DNA of 64,000 nucleotides. It comes from Macrostomum lignano (Eukaryota). How positions within the stretch are numbered: the first letter of the stretch is position 1; every line of letters begins with the position of its first letter. Location of the stretch: assembly GCA_002269645.1 (NCBI GenBank), contig NIVC01001353.1:1-64000 (forward strand), given 5' to 3'. Shown here piece after piece: positions 11,328-24,050 of this stretch. The notes under the pieces were generated by a model. It was not told the origin of the DNA. It made no database searches and worked only from the letters and a program-made list of their open reading frames with translations. A program made the translations under genes and the position numbers.

Positions 11328-14300
11328 TCACTTCAAAAACCGCCGGCTGGCGCCGCCGTCGATGAGGTCGCTGCTCTCGTGCGGGCACTCGACGGTCAGG
11401 CGGCCCCTGGTGGACAGGATCAGCATGTCGTGGGCCACCTCGCGGAAGCTGCGCTGCAGAACATGAAGCGGATGGGGTGGCGGTGGCGGCGGCTGAATTC
11501 AAATTACAGTAGCTACTGAATAGATTTACAGAAGTAGTGCCGACAGCATTTGCGCTTTATGGGGTCTTTCTTGGTCTGTTTTCAGTTCATAATTCCCTCT
11601 ACCTTCTTGCGCTTAGCAAGCAGGGCGCAGCGGTAGCCGAACTCCAGCAGGGAGAGCACCACGCCGAAGGCGGTGCCGGCCACCAGGATGTAGAACAGGC
11701 CAGCCACGCTCTGCAGCTCCAGCGACTGCGCAGAGTTTTTCTGGGTGGGGGGGAAAGAGATAGATTAGCAATCCATTCTATTCCTGCACCCATGATAGGC
11801 TAGATTAGCAATCCATTCTATTCCTGCATCCATGATAGGCTAGATTAGCAATCCATTCCATTCCTGCATCCATGATAGGCTAGATTAGCAATCCATTCTA
11901 TTCCTGCATCCATGATAGGCTAGATTAGCAATTCATGGCTCACCTTGGCGTCATCCTTCTCCTGGTTGGGGCAGGAGCCCTGCTTCTCGTACCACCACTT
12001 GGTCTGCAGGGCGCTGATGTCGCCCTTCTCCTTGAGCTGCAGCACATTCAGGTTGATGGGGTCGCGCAGGTCGGAGCCGCTGGGCGTGGCGATGCCGTAG
12101 CCGCGGCCGCTTTCGAGGTTGCCGCCAACCTTCATGGTGCGGCAGTTCTGCTGCGAGTAGTACTCGTTCATTGTGCTCTCCAGCAGGAAGGCGTAGTCAT
12201 TGTTGGAGTTGAGCACCCGGTTCACCCCCTCCTGGATGGTGTCCACAAACACGTTCGGGTTGGCCTCCATGAACTGCCACATGCGGCGGAAGTCCTGGCT
12301 TGTGGATTCCTGGGTGGTGGCGGCGGGCGGCTGGTTCCGACTGTGACTGGCCTTCGGGTTCCCGACTGCTGACACACAACGGATCACTTCTGACACACAT
12401 GTGTCAAGCATGATAAATCAGAGTCACCCCTGACCCCTGCCATATCCACTCCTGACACAAGCATGCGGTCACTCCTGACACAAGCATGCGGTCACTCCTG
12501 ACACAAGCTTGCGGTCACTCCTGACACAAGCATGCGGTCATTCCTGACACAAGCATGCGGTCACTCCTGACACAAGCATGCGGTCACTCCTGACACAAGT
12601 ATGCGGTCACTCCTGACACAAGCATGCGGTCATTCCTGACACAAGCATGCGGTCATTCCTGACACAAGCATGCGGTCATTCCTGACACAAGCATGCGGTC
12701 ATTCCTGACACAAGTATGCGGTCACTCCTGACACAAGCATGCGGTCACTCCTGACACAAGAATGCGGTCACTCCTGACACAAGTATGCGGTCATTCCTGA
12801 CACAAGCATGCGGTCACTCCTGACACAAGCATGCGGTCACTCCTGACACAAGCATGCGGTCACTCCTGACACAAGCATGCGGTCATTCCTGACACAAGCA
12901 TGCGGTCATTCCTGACACAAGCATGCGGTCATTCCTGACACAAGCATGCGGTCATTCCTGACACAAGTATGCGGTCACTCCTGACACAAGCATGCGGTCA
13001 CTCCTGACACAAGCTTGCGGTCACTCCTGACACAAGCATGCGGTCACTCCTGACACAAGCATGCGGTCACTCCTGACACAAGCATGCGGTCACTCCTGAC
13101 ACAAGTATGCGGTCACTCCTGACACAAGCATGCGGTCATTCCTGACACAAGCATGCGGTCACTCCTGACACAAGCATGCGGTCATTCCTGACACAAGCAT
13201 GCGGTCATTCCTGACACAAGTATGCGGTCACTCCTGACACAAGCATGCGGTCACTCCTGACACAAGTATGCGGTCATTCCTGACACAAGCATGCGGTCAC
13301 TCCTGACACAAGCATGCGGTCACTCCTGACACAAGCATGCGGTCACTCCTGACACAATTATGCGGTCACTCCTGACACACTGATATTGATGATATCTCTG
13401 GAGCACTAATCCGCCGTATTTTCATTTCCCCAGGCTGCAATTTCACACCCGAAACCTCGAAGCCACGCCGGCTCACCCGGAAGAAGTCCTTGGACGAGCC
13501 CGAGTTCACCACGCCGTACTTGATCTTGGTCTGCTTGGCCAGGTCCTCGTAGGACTGGATGGGGGTGGACATTCGCTCCACGGTCAGGAAGGCGGCCAGG
13601 TTGGCCGTGTACGAGCTAACGATGATCAGCGTGAAGAACCACCAGACGCTGCCGACGATCCTGCCCGACAGCGACCTCGGCGAGATGTCGCCACCCTGCT
13701 GCATGAAGGCGCTTAAAGCGAACCACAGCGAGTTGAAGATGCTGAAATCGTTGATGACGCGACCTGGCGGGCCCCCCGACTCCTGGCTCATGTACCACTC
13801 GTACGGGCTGAACCGGCTCACCACGAACAGCACCACGCTGACGCCCAAGTAGGCGAAGGCGATGCACATCCAGATCTCCATGGACAGCGGCTTCATGAAG
13901 CCGAACCGGTCCGACTCCGCCTTGGTCGGGCGCAGGAACATCACGCTGAGCCCCACCTCCATGTAGGGCGTGGAGAAGTCCACCGCCTTCTCCCTCTTCG
14001 ACGTGATGGTCAGCGGCGCCACGGCGATGTCCGCCTCCTGTTGGGGCAGGTTGGGATGGGATGGGCCCGGCTGCTAACGGCAGATCAAAGTGTTGCACTG
14101 AAAGCATAAAGTATGAAAAGTACTGTAATGCGCGTCACAAGCCTACTATTAGTAGGTTTGTCAAGTCGCGTTGCGGCTACTATTGGAGAGTCTTGAGAGT
14201 GACGAATGGAGTCCCTGAAGCCAGGCAAAGCCGAGCCGCGCCGCACGCACCTGTCTGTACAGCTCGCCGATCATGCCGTTCCACGTGCCGTTGTTGCTGT

Positions 14301-17300
14301 CGTCCCCGAAGTTTCCGTCCGCCACCGGCTTGATGACGTAATCAAAGCCGATCTTCCGGGCCAGCTGCTTGATGAAGTCGGCGCAGAATCCCGTAAATCG
14401 CTCGTTGCCGACCAGCGGCGTGCCGTCAAAGCTGGTGTTGCCGCGCAGCATCAGGAACGGCTCAGACAGGATGCTCGTCACCACCCGGGTCCGGTTGCTG
14501 AAGTTCAGGCGGAGGCCTTTCTTTCGCAGCTTGCTGCGGGTGATGCGGAAGCCGCCGTCACGTGACCACTCGCTGATCTGGAGAAGGCGGATCCGGTGAC
14601 AGCTGGCTGATTCATCTGTCCGCTGGTTGACTTGTCACAGTACCGTGAATGCGTCAGTGGGTCAGGCAGTTTGTCAGGTCATTGTGTCAGCAGGTGTCAT
14701 TCAAGGGAGCAGTCACTGTTTCAGTCAGCGTGTCATTTAGTGGGTCAAGTATTGTCAGTGTTTCAGGCAGTGTGTCAGGTAGTGGATCAGGCAGTGGGTC
14801 AGGCAGTGTGTCAGGCAGTGTATCAGGCAGTGTGTCAGGCAGTGTGTCAGGCAGTGTGTCAGTCAGTGGGTCATGGAGTGTGTCAGGCAGTGATCTGTCA
14901 GTGGGTCAGGTAGTGTGTCAGGCAGTGTGTCAGGCAGTGGGTCATGGAGTGTGTCAGGCAGTGGTCTGTCAGTGGGTCAGGTAGTGGGTCAGTCAGTGGG
15001 TCAGGCAGTGGGTCAATCAGTGGGTCAATCAGTGGGTCATTCAGTGGGTCAGTCAGTGGGTCAGGCAGTGTGTCAGACAGTGGGTCAGTCAGTGGGTCAG
15101 TGAATGGGTCAGTCAGTTGCTCACGGGCAGCAGCTCGGACTTGACCCCGGCCTCGAACACCTGCACCCGGAAACGGTCCCGGTAGCCGGTCCTGTTGAAC
15201 TCCACCCAGCCCGTTAGGCCTTCAAAACCAGCGCCGGCGCCGTGGCGGGCGCTTTTGATGGCGCCAGACAGGCTGGCAGCCGGGTAGGCGGGCGTCAGCG
15301 TCGGCAGGCAGTCGTCGGCCTGGCGGCGGGTCTGGCGGACTGCGGGCAGCTGCTCGTGCGCCCGGACCAGGGCCTCCATGCCGTCTAGCATCAGCGCGGC
15401 GGACAGCTGCGGCCGAGTGACGGTGGGAGTGTCTTTAGAGTGACGGTGGGAGTGTCTTTAGAGTGACGGTGGGAGTGTCTCTAGAGTGAAGGTGGGAGTG
15501 TCTTTAGAGTGAAGGTGGGAGTGTCTCTAGAGTGACGGTGGGAGTGTCTCTAGAGTGAAGGTGGGAGTGTCTTTAGAGTGAAGGTGGGAGTGTCTCTAGA
15601 GTGACGATGGAAGTGTCTCTAGAGTGAAGGTGGGAGTGTCTTTAGAGTGACGGTGGGAGTGTCTTTAGAGTGACGGCAGGAGTGTCTTTAGAGTGAGGGT
15701 GAGAGTGTCTCTAGAGTGACAAAAGAGGAGAGAGTTTTATGAGGACTAGTGAGATTAGGAGTGAGATCGTCTTTAGGGTGACAACAAGAGTGCCCTCAGA
15801 GTACGAGTAGCAGCGGGATCTCTGTGAAGTCACTGGACCTGCCGCGAAGCCTCACCGGCACGACCCCCTGCAAGTTGTCGAACTTCGTCGGCCACCGCCT
15901 CAGCCGCTCCTCCTGGCTCCAGAACTCGTCGCGGAAGCGGCGAAATTTGGGATTTGAAGCGTTCAGCAGGGAGAATCCCGTGATGTTAACGCCGCCGTGA
16001 CGGAAGGATGTCATATTCAGCTCGTTCATGTCCTGAGAGGTTATCGGGTGCATTTCAGATCCAAATCTGTTGGAAAAGGCAATCTGACAACTTGTATAAA
16101 AATATGCAGCCTCACCGATCCCATGATCAGGTAGTGGTAGTTGAACCGGCTGCTCCTGATCGATCGGATCTGCGAGAATGCGAGTGATTTCTAAGAAATT
16201 GAAACTTTGGTTCCTCGTGATTTTTAAGAAATCAACTCTGCTCTCATTGCTGTAAAAGTTTTCTAAGAAACCAATTTTTCCTAGCTTCCTAAAAAGCCAA
16301 AAGCGTTTATTTTAAGAAACTTCGTGTAAATTTCTAAGAAATCAAAATTTTGGAGAGCTTTCTACGAAACCAATACCCTGTACAGCTTTCTAAAAAACCA
16401 ACATCTTGGAGAAATTTCTAAGAAACCAATATCCTGGAGAGATTTCTAAGAAACCAATATCCTGGAGAAATTTCTAAGAAACCAATATCCTGGAGAGATT
16501 TCTAAGAAACCAATATCCTGGAGAGATTTCTAAGAAACCAATGTCTTGCAGAACTTTCTCGAAGCCAATACCTGCCTAAGTTTCTAAGAAACCAATATCT
16601 TGGAGAGATTTCTAAGAAACAAATATCTTGGCGAGATTTTTAAGAAACAAATATCTTGGAGAGATTTCTAAGAAACAAATATCTTGCAGAGATTTCTAAG
16701 AAACCAATATCCAGAAGAGATATCTAAGAAACCAATATCTTAGAGAGATTTCTAATAAACCAATGCCTTGCCCAAGTTTCTAAGAAACTAATGCCTTGCT
16801 CAAGTTTCTAAGAAACCACTATCTTGGAGAGATTTCTAAGAAACCAATGCTTTGCCCAAGTTTCCAAGAAACCAATATGTCCTCGAGTTTTCTTAAAAGC
16901 AAAATCTTGCAGAGCGTTCTAAGGAACTAATATTTTATTGAGTTTTCTAAGAATTCATTATCTTGTTAAGCTTCCTAAGTAGCCATAAGAGCACACACAG
17001 GTGTCTAAGAAATAAATCGACACAAATGCTCAGCTATCACAGAAACCGACAACAGCCCGCAGCTTTCCATGAAATCAGTCAGCGCTACTGAAAGGTCAAG
17101 GATTGCCCAATTTTCCCAGCAAAGCCCTGGAACAGTTTCCATAAGCGGCCCCAACTAACCTCAGCAAAGAGTTTCCGCTGCAGTTCCTGATCGGAAACGT
17201 CTAGAAAGACTCGTTTCAGCGTCTCCTTGGACTTTTTATCGATATAGTTCAGTACGGTGGCCGCCGCGGCGCTCCTGTCGCTGTTGTCCGTCAGATCCCG

Positions 17301-20300
17301 GATGTCAGCGCTGATTGTGGCGTCCCGGTTGTTGTAGGCCTCGAATAGCTCGCGCAGGCGGAGCAGGGCTGCAGATTGGGGAGCGGATTGCGCCAGTCTG
17401 ACTGGGAGAGGAGCCTTAGCGACCAGGTGCCAGTTTGCGTGCGGCCTTAGCAACCGAATTTCATATTTGTGCGGCCTTAGCAACCGAATTTCAGATTTGT
17501 GCGGCCTTAGCAACCGAATGTCAGACTGTGTGCGGCCTTAGCAACCGAAATTTCAGATTGTGACCATATGATCGTCTCTAAACAGTAACTATAGCACTGT
17601 GAACTACTGTCTTAGCAACTGGTCTTAGCAACCGGCCTTAGCAACCGACTTAGCAACTGCATCTACGAAAGAGTGTTTCAAACGCTTTTGCGGAGAAGCT
17701 CTCCGAGGCATATCGCTCTGTCACCATAGTGACAAATACTAATCCCATATGCTAGTTTAAGCTAAAAGTCTTCTTTGATGTTTTGCTCAGCGGCTCCGGT
17801 CCATCAGCGGAGCACCCGCAAGACATTGCGATTCCCAGGGGACACCAAGGCGGCCTCTGTTTCCGCACAGACTCGAGCCAGTTTGCAGCAGTTTGCCTGC
17901 GCAGCCCCATGCTAATGAGGCTCCTGCTGTGCTGGAAGACTCGAATGCCTCTACGCTAATTTTTCCAATTGATTTTTCAGCTCATCAAGAATCTGGCATG
18001 CAGCTGGGACACTCAGATCTGTCCAGCTCCGCATATCTTAAAGAGACATCCCAGCGTACGAAAAGTACAATTCAAATCTCACATATGAACTCATGTATCC
18101 CAATTGGACACTGCATCATCCCAACCGGACACCGCATAATCCCAACCGGACACTGCATAATCCCAACCGGACACTGCATCATCACAACCGGACACTGCAT
18201 AATCCCAACCGGACGCTCATCATCCCAACCGGACACTGGATCATCCCAACTGGACACTGCATAATCCCAACCGGACGCTCATCATCCCAACCGGACACTG
18301 CATAATCCAAACCGGACGCTCATCATCCCAACCGGACGCTCATCATCCCAACCGGACACTGCATAATCCAAACCGGACGCTCATCATCCCAACCGGACAC
18401 TGGATCATCCCAACTGGACACTGCATCATCCCAACCGGACACTGCATCATCCCAACCGGACACTCATCATCCCAACCGGACACTGCATAATCCCAACCGG
18501 ACACTGCATCATCCCAACCGGACACTGCATCATCCCAACCGGACACTGCATCATCCCAACCGGACACTGCATAATCTTAACCGGACACTCATCATCCCAA
18601 CCGGACACTGCATAATCCCAACCGGACAATGCATCATCACAACCGGACAATGCATCATCACAACCGGACACTGGATCATCCCAACTGGACACTGCATCAT
18701 CCCAACCGGACACTGCATAATCCCAACCGGACACTGCATAATCCCAACCGGACACTGCATAATCCCAACCGGACACTGCATCATCCCAACCGGACACTGC
18801 ATCATCCCAACCGGACAATGCATCATCACAACCGGACACTCATCATTCCAACCGAACACTCATCATCACAACCGGACACTGCATAATCTTAACCGGACAA
18901 TGCATATTCCCAACCGGACACTCATCATCACAACCGGACACTGCATCACCCCAACCGGACACTGCATCAACCCAACCCGACACTGCATAATCCCAACCGG
19001 ACAATGCATCATCACAACCGGACAATGCATCATCACAACCGGACACTGGATCATCCCAACTGGACACTGCATCATCCCAACCGGACACTGCATAATCCCA
19101 ACCGGACACTGCATAATCCCAACCGGACACTGCATAATCCCAACCGGACACTGCATCATCCCAACCGGACACTGCATCATCCCAACCGGACAATGCATCA
19201 TCACAACCGGACACTCATCATTCCAACCGAACACTCATCATCACAACCGGACACTGCATAATCTTAACCGGACAATGCATATTCCCAACCGGACACTCAT
19301 CATCACAACCGGACACTGCATCACCCCAACCGGACACTGCATCAACCCAACCCGACACTGCATAATCCCAACCGGACAATGCATCATCACAACCGGACAA
19401 TGCATCATCACAACCGGACACTGCATCATCACAACCGGACACTGCATCAACCCAACCGACACTGCATAATCCCAACCGGACAATGCATCATCACAACCGG
19501 ACAATGCATCATCACAACCGGACACTCATCATCACAACCGGACACTGCATCATCCCAACCGGACACTGTATCATTCCAACTGGACACTGCATCATCCCAA
19601 CCGGACACTGCATCATCCCAACCGGACACTGCATCATCCCAACCGGACACTGTCCAGTCCCAGCCCACCCAAACGGCTCACCGGACTGGCTGTCGTACAG
19701 GAAGAAGAACCGCTCCCAGTTCTCATGGTCAATGATGGCAATGAGAGCCTGGGTGATGACCGGCTTCAGCCTGATGAGGAACTTGCCATGCACCCTGCTG
19801 CCTCCGCGGCCGCTGGAGCTTCCGCCGCCGCCGCTAGCTCTGCCGGCGCCTCCTCCGCTGCTCGTCTTTTGGCGCCGGTGCACAATCCTGTCCGGCTGCA
19901 GCTGATCAACGAAGCTGTTGGTCAGGTACAGCACGGCCAGGTTGTCCGTCATCGACTGCACCATGGGCAGCGTCTTGTAGTGGGCCGGCCCGAATATGGC
20001 GAGAACGCCTCGCGACACCAGCCGGCAGACTGCAGCGGTTGTGGGGGGTGACAGGGGGCGACGCACTCGTACGCTCGAGGGTAACAGATAGTGACAGATA
20101 GTGACAGATTGTGACAGATAGTGACAGATAGTGACAGATTGTGACAGATTACGCCAGATGAGACAGAGATTGATAGATAGTGACAGAGAGTAACAGATAG
20201 TGGCAGATAGTAAAAGTGTGACAAATAGTGACAGATAGTGACCGATGGTGACAGATAGTGACGAATAGTGACATAGGGTGACAGATAGTGACATATAGTT

Positions 20301-22642
20301 ATAGATAGTGACAGATAGTGACATATAGTTATAGATCGTGACAGATAGTGACAAATTGTGACAGATTGTGACAGATAGTGACAGAGAGTGACAGAGGGTG
20401 ACAGATCGTGACAGAGGGTGACAAAGGGTGACAGAGGTGGACATTGAGCGATACAAAATAGCATATCAGATGTGAAAGAGAGTGAAAGAGGGAAAGCGGT
20501 GTGCCGGCAGTGACTGAGTGAAAAGTGCTCAGCTACCAGCCTGAGCTGGCCCGAATCGAACTCCCCACCCAGCCGGTCAGCGGAGCCGCCCCGCCACTCA
20601 CTGGCGCTGCTGATCTGAAACGAGTCCTCAGGATTTTCCACGAACTCGACGGCGGCCTCGTAGCGGTCCCGGCGGCCCCCCAGCGGCCCGAACCAGGAGA
20701 AGCTGGCGGGGCCGGCCAAGCGGTCGCCGCTGTCGCTACGCAAGCGGAGCTGCTCGATGGCGAAGTTGAAGGCAGCGTAGCTGGCAGACTGCAGGCTGCT
20801 GTTCTTGAAGATGCCGCCTGCGGTGGTTAGGGTGTGGGGATTCGTAGCTGCGGAGTGTGGGGATTCGTAGCTGTGGAGTGTGGGGATTCGTAGCTGTGGA
20901 GTGTGGGGATTCGTAGCTGCGGAGTGTGGGGACTCGTAGCTGTGGAGTGTGGGGATTCGTAGCTGCGGAGTGTGGGGATTCGTAGCTGTAGAGTGTGGGG
21001 ATTCGTAGCTGCGGAGTGTGGGGATTCTTAGCTGTGGAGTGTGGGGATTCGTAACTGCGGAGTGTGGGGATTCGTAGCTGCGGAGTGTGGGGATTCGTAG
21101 CTGCAAAGTGTGGGGATTCGTAGCTGTGGAGTGTGGGGATTCGTAGCTGTGGAGTGTGGGGATTCGTAGCTGTGGAGTGTGGGGATTCGTAGCTGCAAAG
21201 TGTGGGGATTCGTAGCTGCGGAGTGTGGGGATTCGTAGCTGTGGAGTGTGGGGATTCGTAGCTATGGAGTGTGGGGATTCGTAGCTGTAGAGTGTGGGGA
21301 TTCGTAGCTGCAAAGTGTGGGGATTCGTAGCTGCGGAGTGTGGGGATTCGTAGCTGTGGAGTGTGGGGATTCGTAGCTGCAGAGTGTGGGGATTCGTAGC
21401 TGTGGAGTGTGGGGATTCGTAGCTGCAAAGTGTGGGGATTCGTAGCTGTGGAGTGTGGGGATTCGTAGCTGCAAAGTGTGGGGATTCGTAGCTGCAAAGT
21501 GTGGGGATTCGTAGCTGCGGAGTGTGGGGATTCGTAGCTGTGGAGTGTGGGGATTTCGTAACTGCGGAGTGTGGGGATTCGTAGCTGTAGAGTGTGGGGA
21601 TTCGTAGCTGCGGAGTGTGGGGATTCTTAGCTGTGGAGTGTGGGGATTCGTAACTGCGGAGTGTGGGGATTCTTAGCTGTGGAGTGTGGGGATTCGTAAC
21701 TGCGGAGTGTGGGGATTCTTAGCTGTGGAGTGTGGGGATTCGTAGCTGTGGAGTGTGGGGATTCGTAGCTGTGGAGTGTGGGATTCGCAGGCGCTAGTTG
21801 ATTCCCGCATGCGAAGAGCAGCCACCCGGCAGTTGAGTCGATTCCATTTGATTTCCAACCGCCATCCCAAGGCGGCGCTGCGGCGGTCTCCAAGTTGCAA
21901 TCGATTTTCCCTTTGATGAAGTCGCTGGCGGCGTGCGGCAGTGCGGGCTTGGAGAGCCCGGGGGACCCCAGCTGATCTAATGGACAGCTAAATAATTCAG
22001 GGGCCCGCGGTCTCGACAGTAAGGGATGGAAGGCGGGGGACTTCAGAGAAAACTGAGTTCCTTTTGACGTGCCTGTTTGCGGTTGAAGATGTGCTTGGAG
22101 GGTCTCTGAAGGGGCCGCGCTATCTACTCACTCACCAACTCATATATCACTCACCAACTCATATATCACTCACAAACTCATATATCACTCACAAACTCAT
22201 ATATCACTCACAAACTCATGCATCAATCACCAACTCATATATCACTCACCAACTCATATATCACTCACCAACTCATATATCACTCACAAACTCATATATC
22301 ACTCACAAACTCATGCATCAATCACAAACTCATATATCACTCACCAACTCATATATCACTCACAAACTCATGCATCACTCACCAACTCATGCATCACTCA
22401 CCAACTCATATACCACTCACCAACTCATGCATCACTCACCAACTCATGCATCACTCAAGATCTCACTTATTAAATCACACACAGACTCACTCATAAACTC
22501 ATCCATGAACTCACTCATAGCGTTACTCACCAATAAGATAGGTTTTCTTGGCGGCCATTGCGCCTGGCGGAGCGGCGGCAGCCCAGATGAAGCAGCAGAG
22601 CAGCAAGCCGCAGCCGCCTCTCGGGAGGCTGAAGTGCTTCAT
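11328..22642 (-). CDS. Ionotropic glutamate receptor, AMPA-type, ~971 aa, 12 exons: 22642-22531, 20817-20602, 20029-19682, 17368-17160, 16169-16116, 16032-15856, 15406-15125, 14577-14251, 14037-13477, 12309-11944, 11740-11603, 11453-11328
   Basis: Signal-like [27 protein letters not shown] motifs [20 protein letters not shown] and [11 protein letters not shown]1 [26 protein letters not shown]. Pore [29 protein letters not shown] and [16 protein letters not shown]2 [13 protein letters not shown]4 [12 protein letters not shown]. All 11 introns are GT..AG and phase-consistent, totalling 2916 nt. The start could alternatively be the ATG at 22741. Confidence 0.93.
11759..11931. repeat. 40-nt tandem repeat x~4 (tagattagcaatccattctattcctgcatccatgataggc), iGluR intron
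   Basis: Visible. Confidence 0.93.
12448..13380. repeat. 23-nt minisatellite (ctcctgacacaagcatgcggtca), ~40 copies, iGluR intron
   Basis: Visible and highly homogeneous. Confidence 0.97.
14690..15115. repeat. Degenerate ~12-nt repeat (tgtcaggcagtg), iGluR intron
   Basis: Visible. Confidence 0.85.
15416..15720. repeat. 23-nt minisatellite (gagtgacggtgggagtgtcttta), iGluR intron
   Basis: Visible, ~13 units. Confidence 0.93.
16180..16990. repeat. Degenerate 28-nt minisatellite (ttctaagaaaccaatatcctggagagat), iGluR intron
   Basis: Homogeneous core at 16400-16560 with decaying flanks. Confidence 0.88.
18100..19652. repeat. 21-nt minisatellite (atcatcccaaccggacactgc) with 18-nt variants and higher-order blocks, iGluR intron
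   Basis: Visible. Blocks of variants recur, e.g. 18600-18860 resembles 18975-19235. Confidence 0.96.
20083..20440. repeat. 10-nt repeat (gtgacagata), iGluR intron
   Basis: Visible. Confidence 0.9.
20832..21787. repeat. 23-nt minisatellite (ggattcgtagctgtggagtgtgg), ~41 copies, iGluR intron 1
   Basis: Visible. It produces the 23-aa-period pseudo-ORFs. Confidence 0.97.
22106..22500. repeat. ~19-nt repeat (atatcactcaccaactcat), iGluR intron 1
   Basis: Visible. Confidence 0.9.
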
Positions 22643-23104
22643 CCTGTCTGGCAGAAGAAAAAGCAACCGAGCTGCAACTGCAAACTGCAACGCGCTGAGC
22701 AGGCAGAGAAGCGGAGAGAAGGGCGATGATAAACTGCTCATGCCTCCGCAGAGATCGGGTTTCCCGCCATAGCGGCCCATCCGCCTCTCCTGGGGCCACA
22801 GGAGGAGAATTCCCGTCCCGGGCAAGGGGCTGCTGCTCCAATCGGCTTGGGCTGAGCATTTCTGGGTCGCCTCTCTTCAAGCTGGCGGCTTAGGACAAGC
22901 CTCTCCTCTATCCTGCTTCATCGGAATCTCAGCCTCTCCACCTCGCTGTGGCGCCGCACTCAGACAGGGGGGGGGGGGCAGTTTGTCACCAAACGGCCGC
23001 CACTCAGACCCCGGCTTGAGAACTCGAGCGGAGGGGAAGGAGGGGCGCTAGCAGTGCCAGCAGCGCGGCAGTGACCTCTGCGGCACCTGCTAACTGGCGC
23101 TGCG

Positions 23105-24050
23105 GCTGTCTGTCTGCCTATCTGTCTGTCTGCCGCCTGTGTCTGCCTAGCTGTCTGTCTGCCGCCTGTGTCTGCCTAGCTGTCTGTCTGTCTGTCTGTC
23201 TGCCGCCTGTGTCTGCCTAGCTGTCTGTCTGTCTGTCTGTCTGCCGCCTGTGTCTGCCTAGCTGTCTGTCTGCCGCCTGTGTCTGCCTAGCTGTCTGTCT
23301 GCCGCCTGTGTCTGCCTAGCTGTCTGTCTGTCTGTCTGTCTGTCTGCCGCCTGTGTCTGCCTAGCTGTCTGTCTGTCTGTCTGTCTGCCGCCTGTGTCTG
23401 CCTAGCTGTCTGTCTGTCTGTCTGTCTGTCTGTCTGCCGCCTGTGTCTGCCTAGCTGTCTGTCTGCCTGTCTGTCTGACTGCCGCCTGTGTCCGCCTAGC
23501 TGTCTGTCTGACTGCCGCCTGTGTCCGCCTAGCTGTCTGTCTGACAGCCGCCTGTGTCCACCTAGCTGTCTGTCTGACTGCCGCCTGTGTCCGCCTAGCT
23601 GTCTGTCTGACTGTCGCCTGTGTCCGCCTAGCTGTCTGTCTGTCTGTCTGCCTGTCTGTCTGTCTGCCGCCTGTGTCTGTCTGTCTGTCTGTCTGTCTGC
23701 CGCCTGTGTCCACCTAGCTGTCTGTCTGACTGCCGCCTGTGTCCGCCTAGCTGTCTGTCTGACTGCCGCCTGTGTCCGCCTAGCTGTCTGTCTGTCTGTC
23801 TGCCTGTCTGTCTGTCTGCCGCCTGTGTCCACCTAGCTGTCTGTCTGTCTGTCTGGCGCCTGTGTCCGCCGAGCTGTCTGTCTGTCTGCCGCCTGTGTCC
23901 GCCTAGCTGTCTGTCTGTCTGTCTATCTGCCTGTGTCTGTCTGTCTGTCGTCTGTCTGTCTGCTGCCTGTGTCTGCCTAACTATCTGTCTGTTTGCCTGT
24001 CTGCCTGCCTGTCTGTCTGTGTCTGCCTAGCTGTCTTTCTGTCTGTCTGT
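23105..24050. repeat. Composite (CTGT)n microsatellite interleaved with gccgcctgtgtctgcctag units
   Basis: Visible, upstream of the iGluR coding start. Confidence 0.93.

Noticed and set aside
11603-12309. Flip/flop-type duplicated exon in the AMPA-like gene
   Set aside because: Only one S2-end/M4 exon set is present, and the flanking introns are repeat-filled with no second copy.
17893-23832. Numerous repetitive ORFs ([27 protein letters not shown])
   Set aside because: All coincide with tandem repeats, and their periodicity equals the repeat unit.
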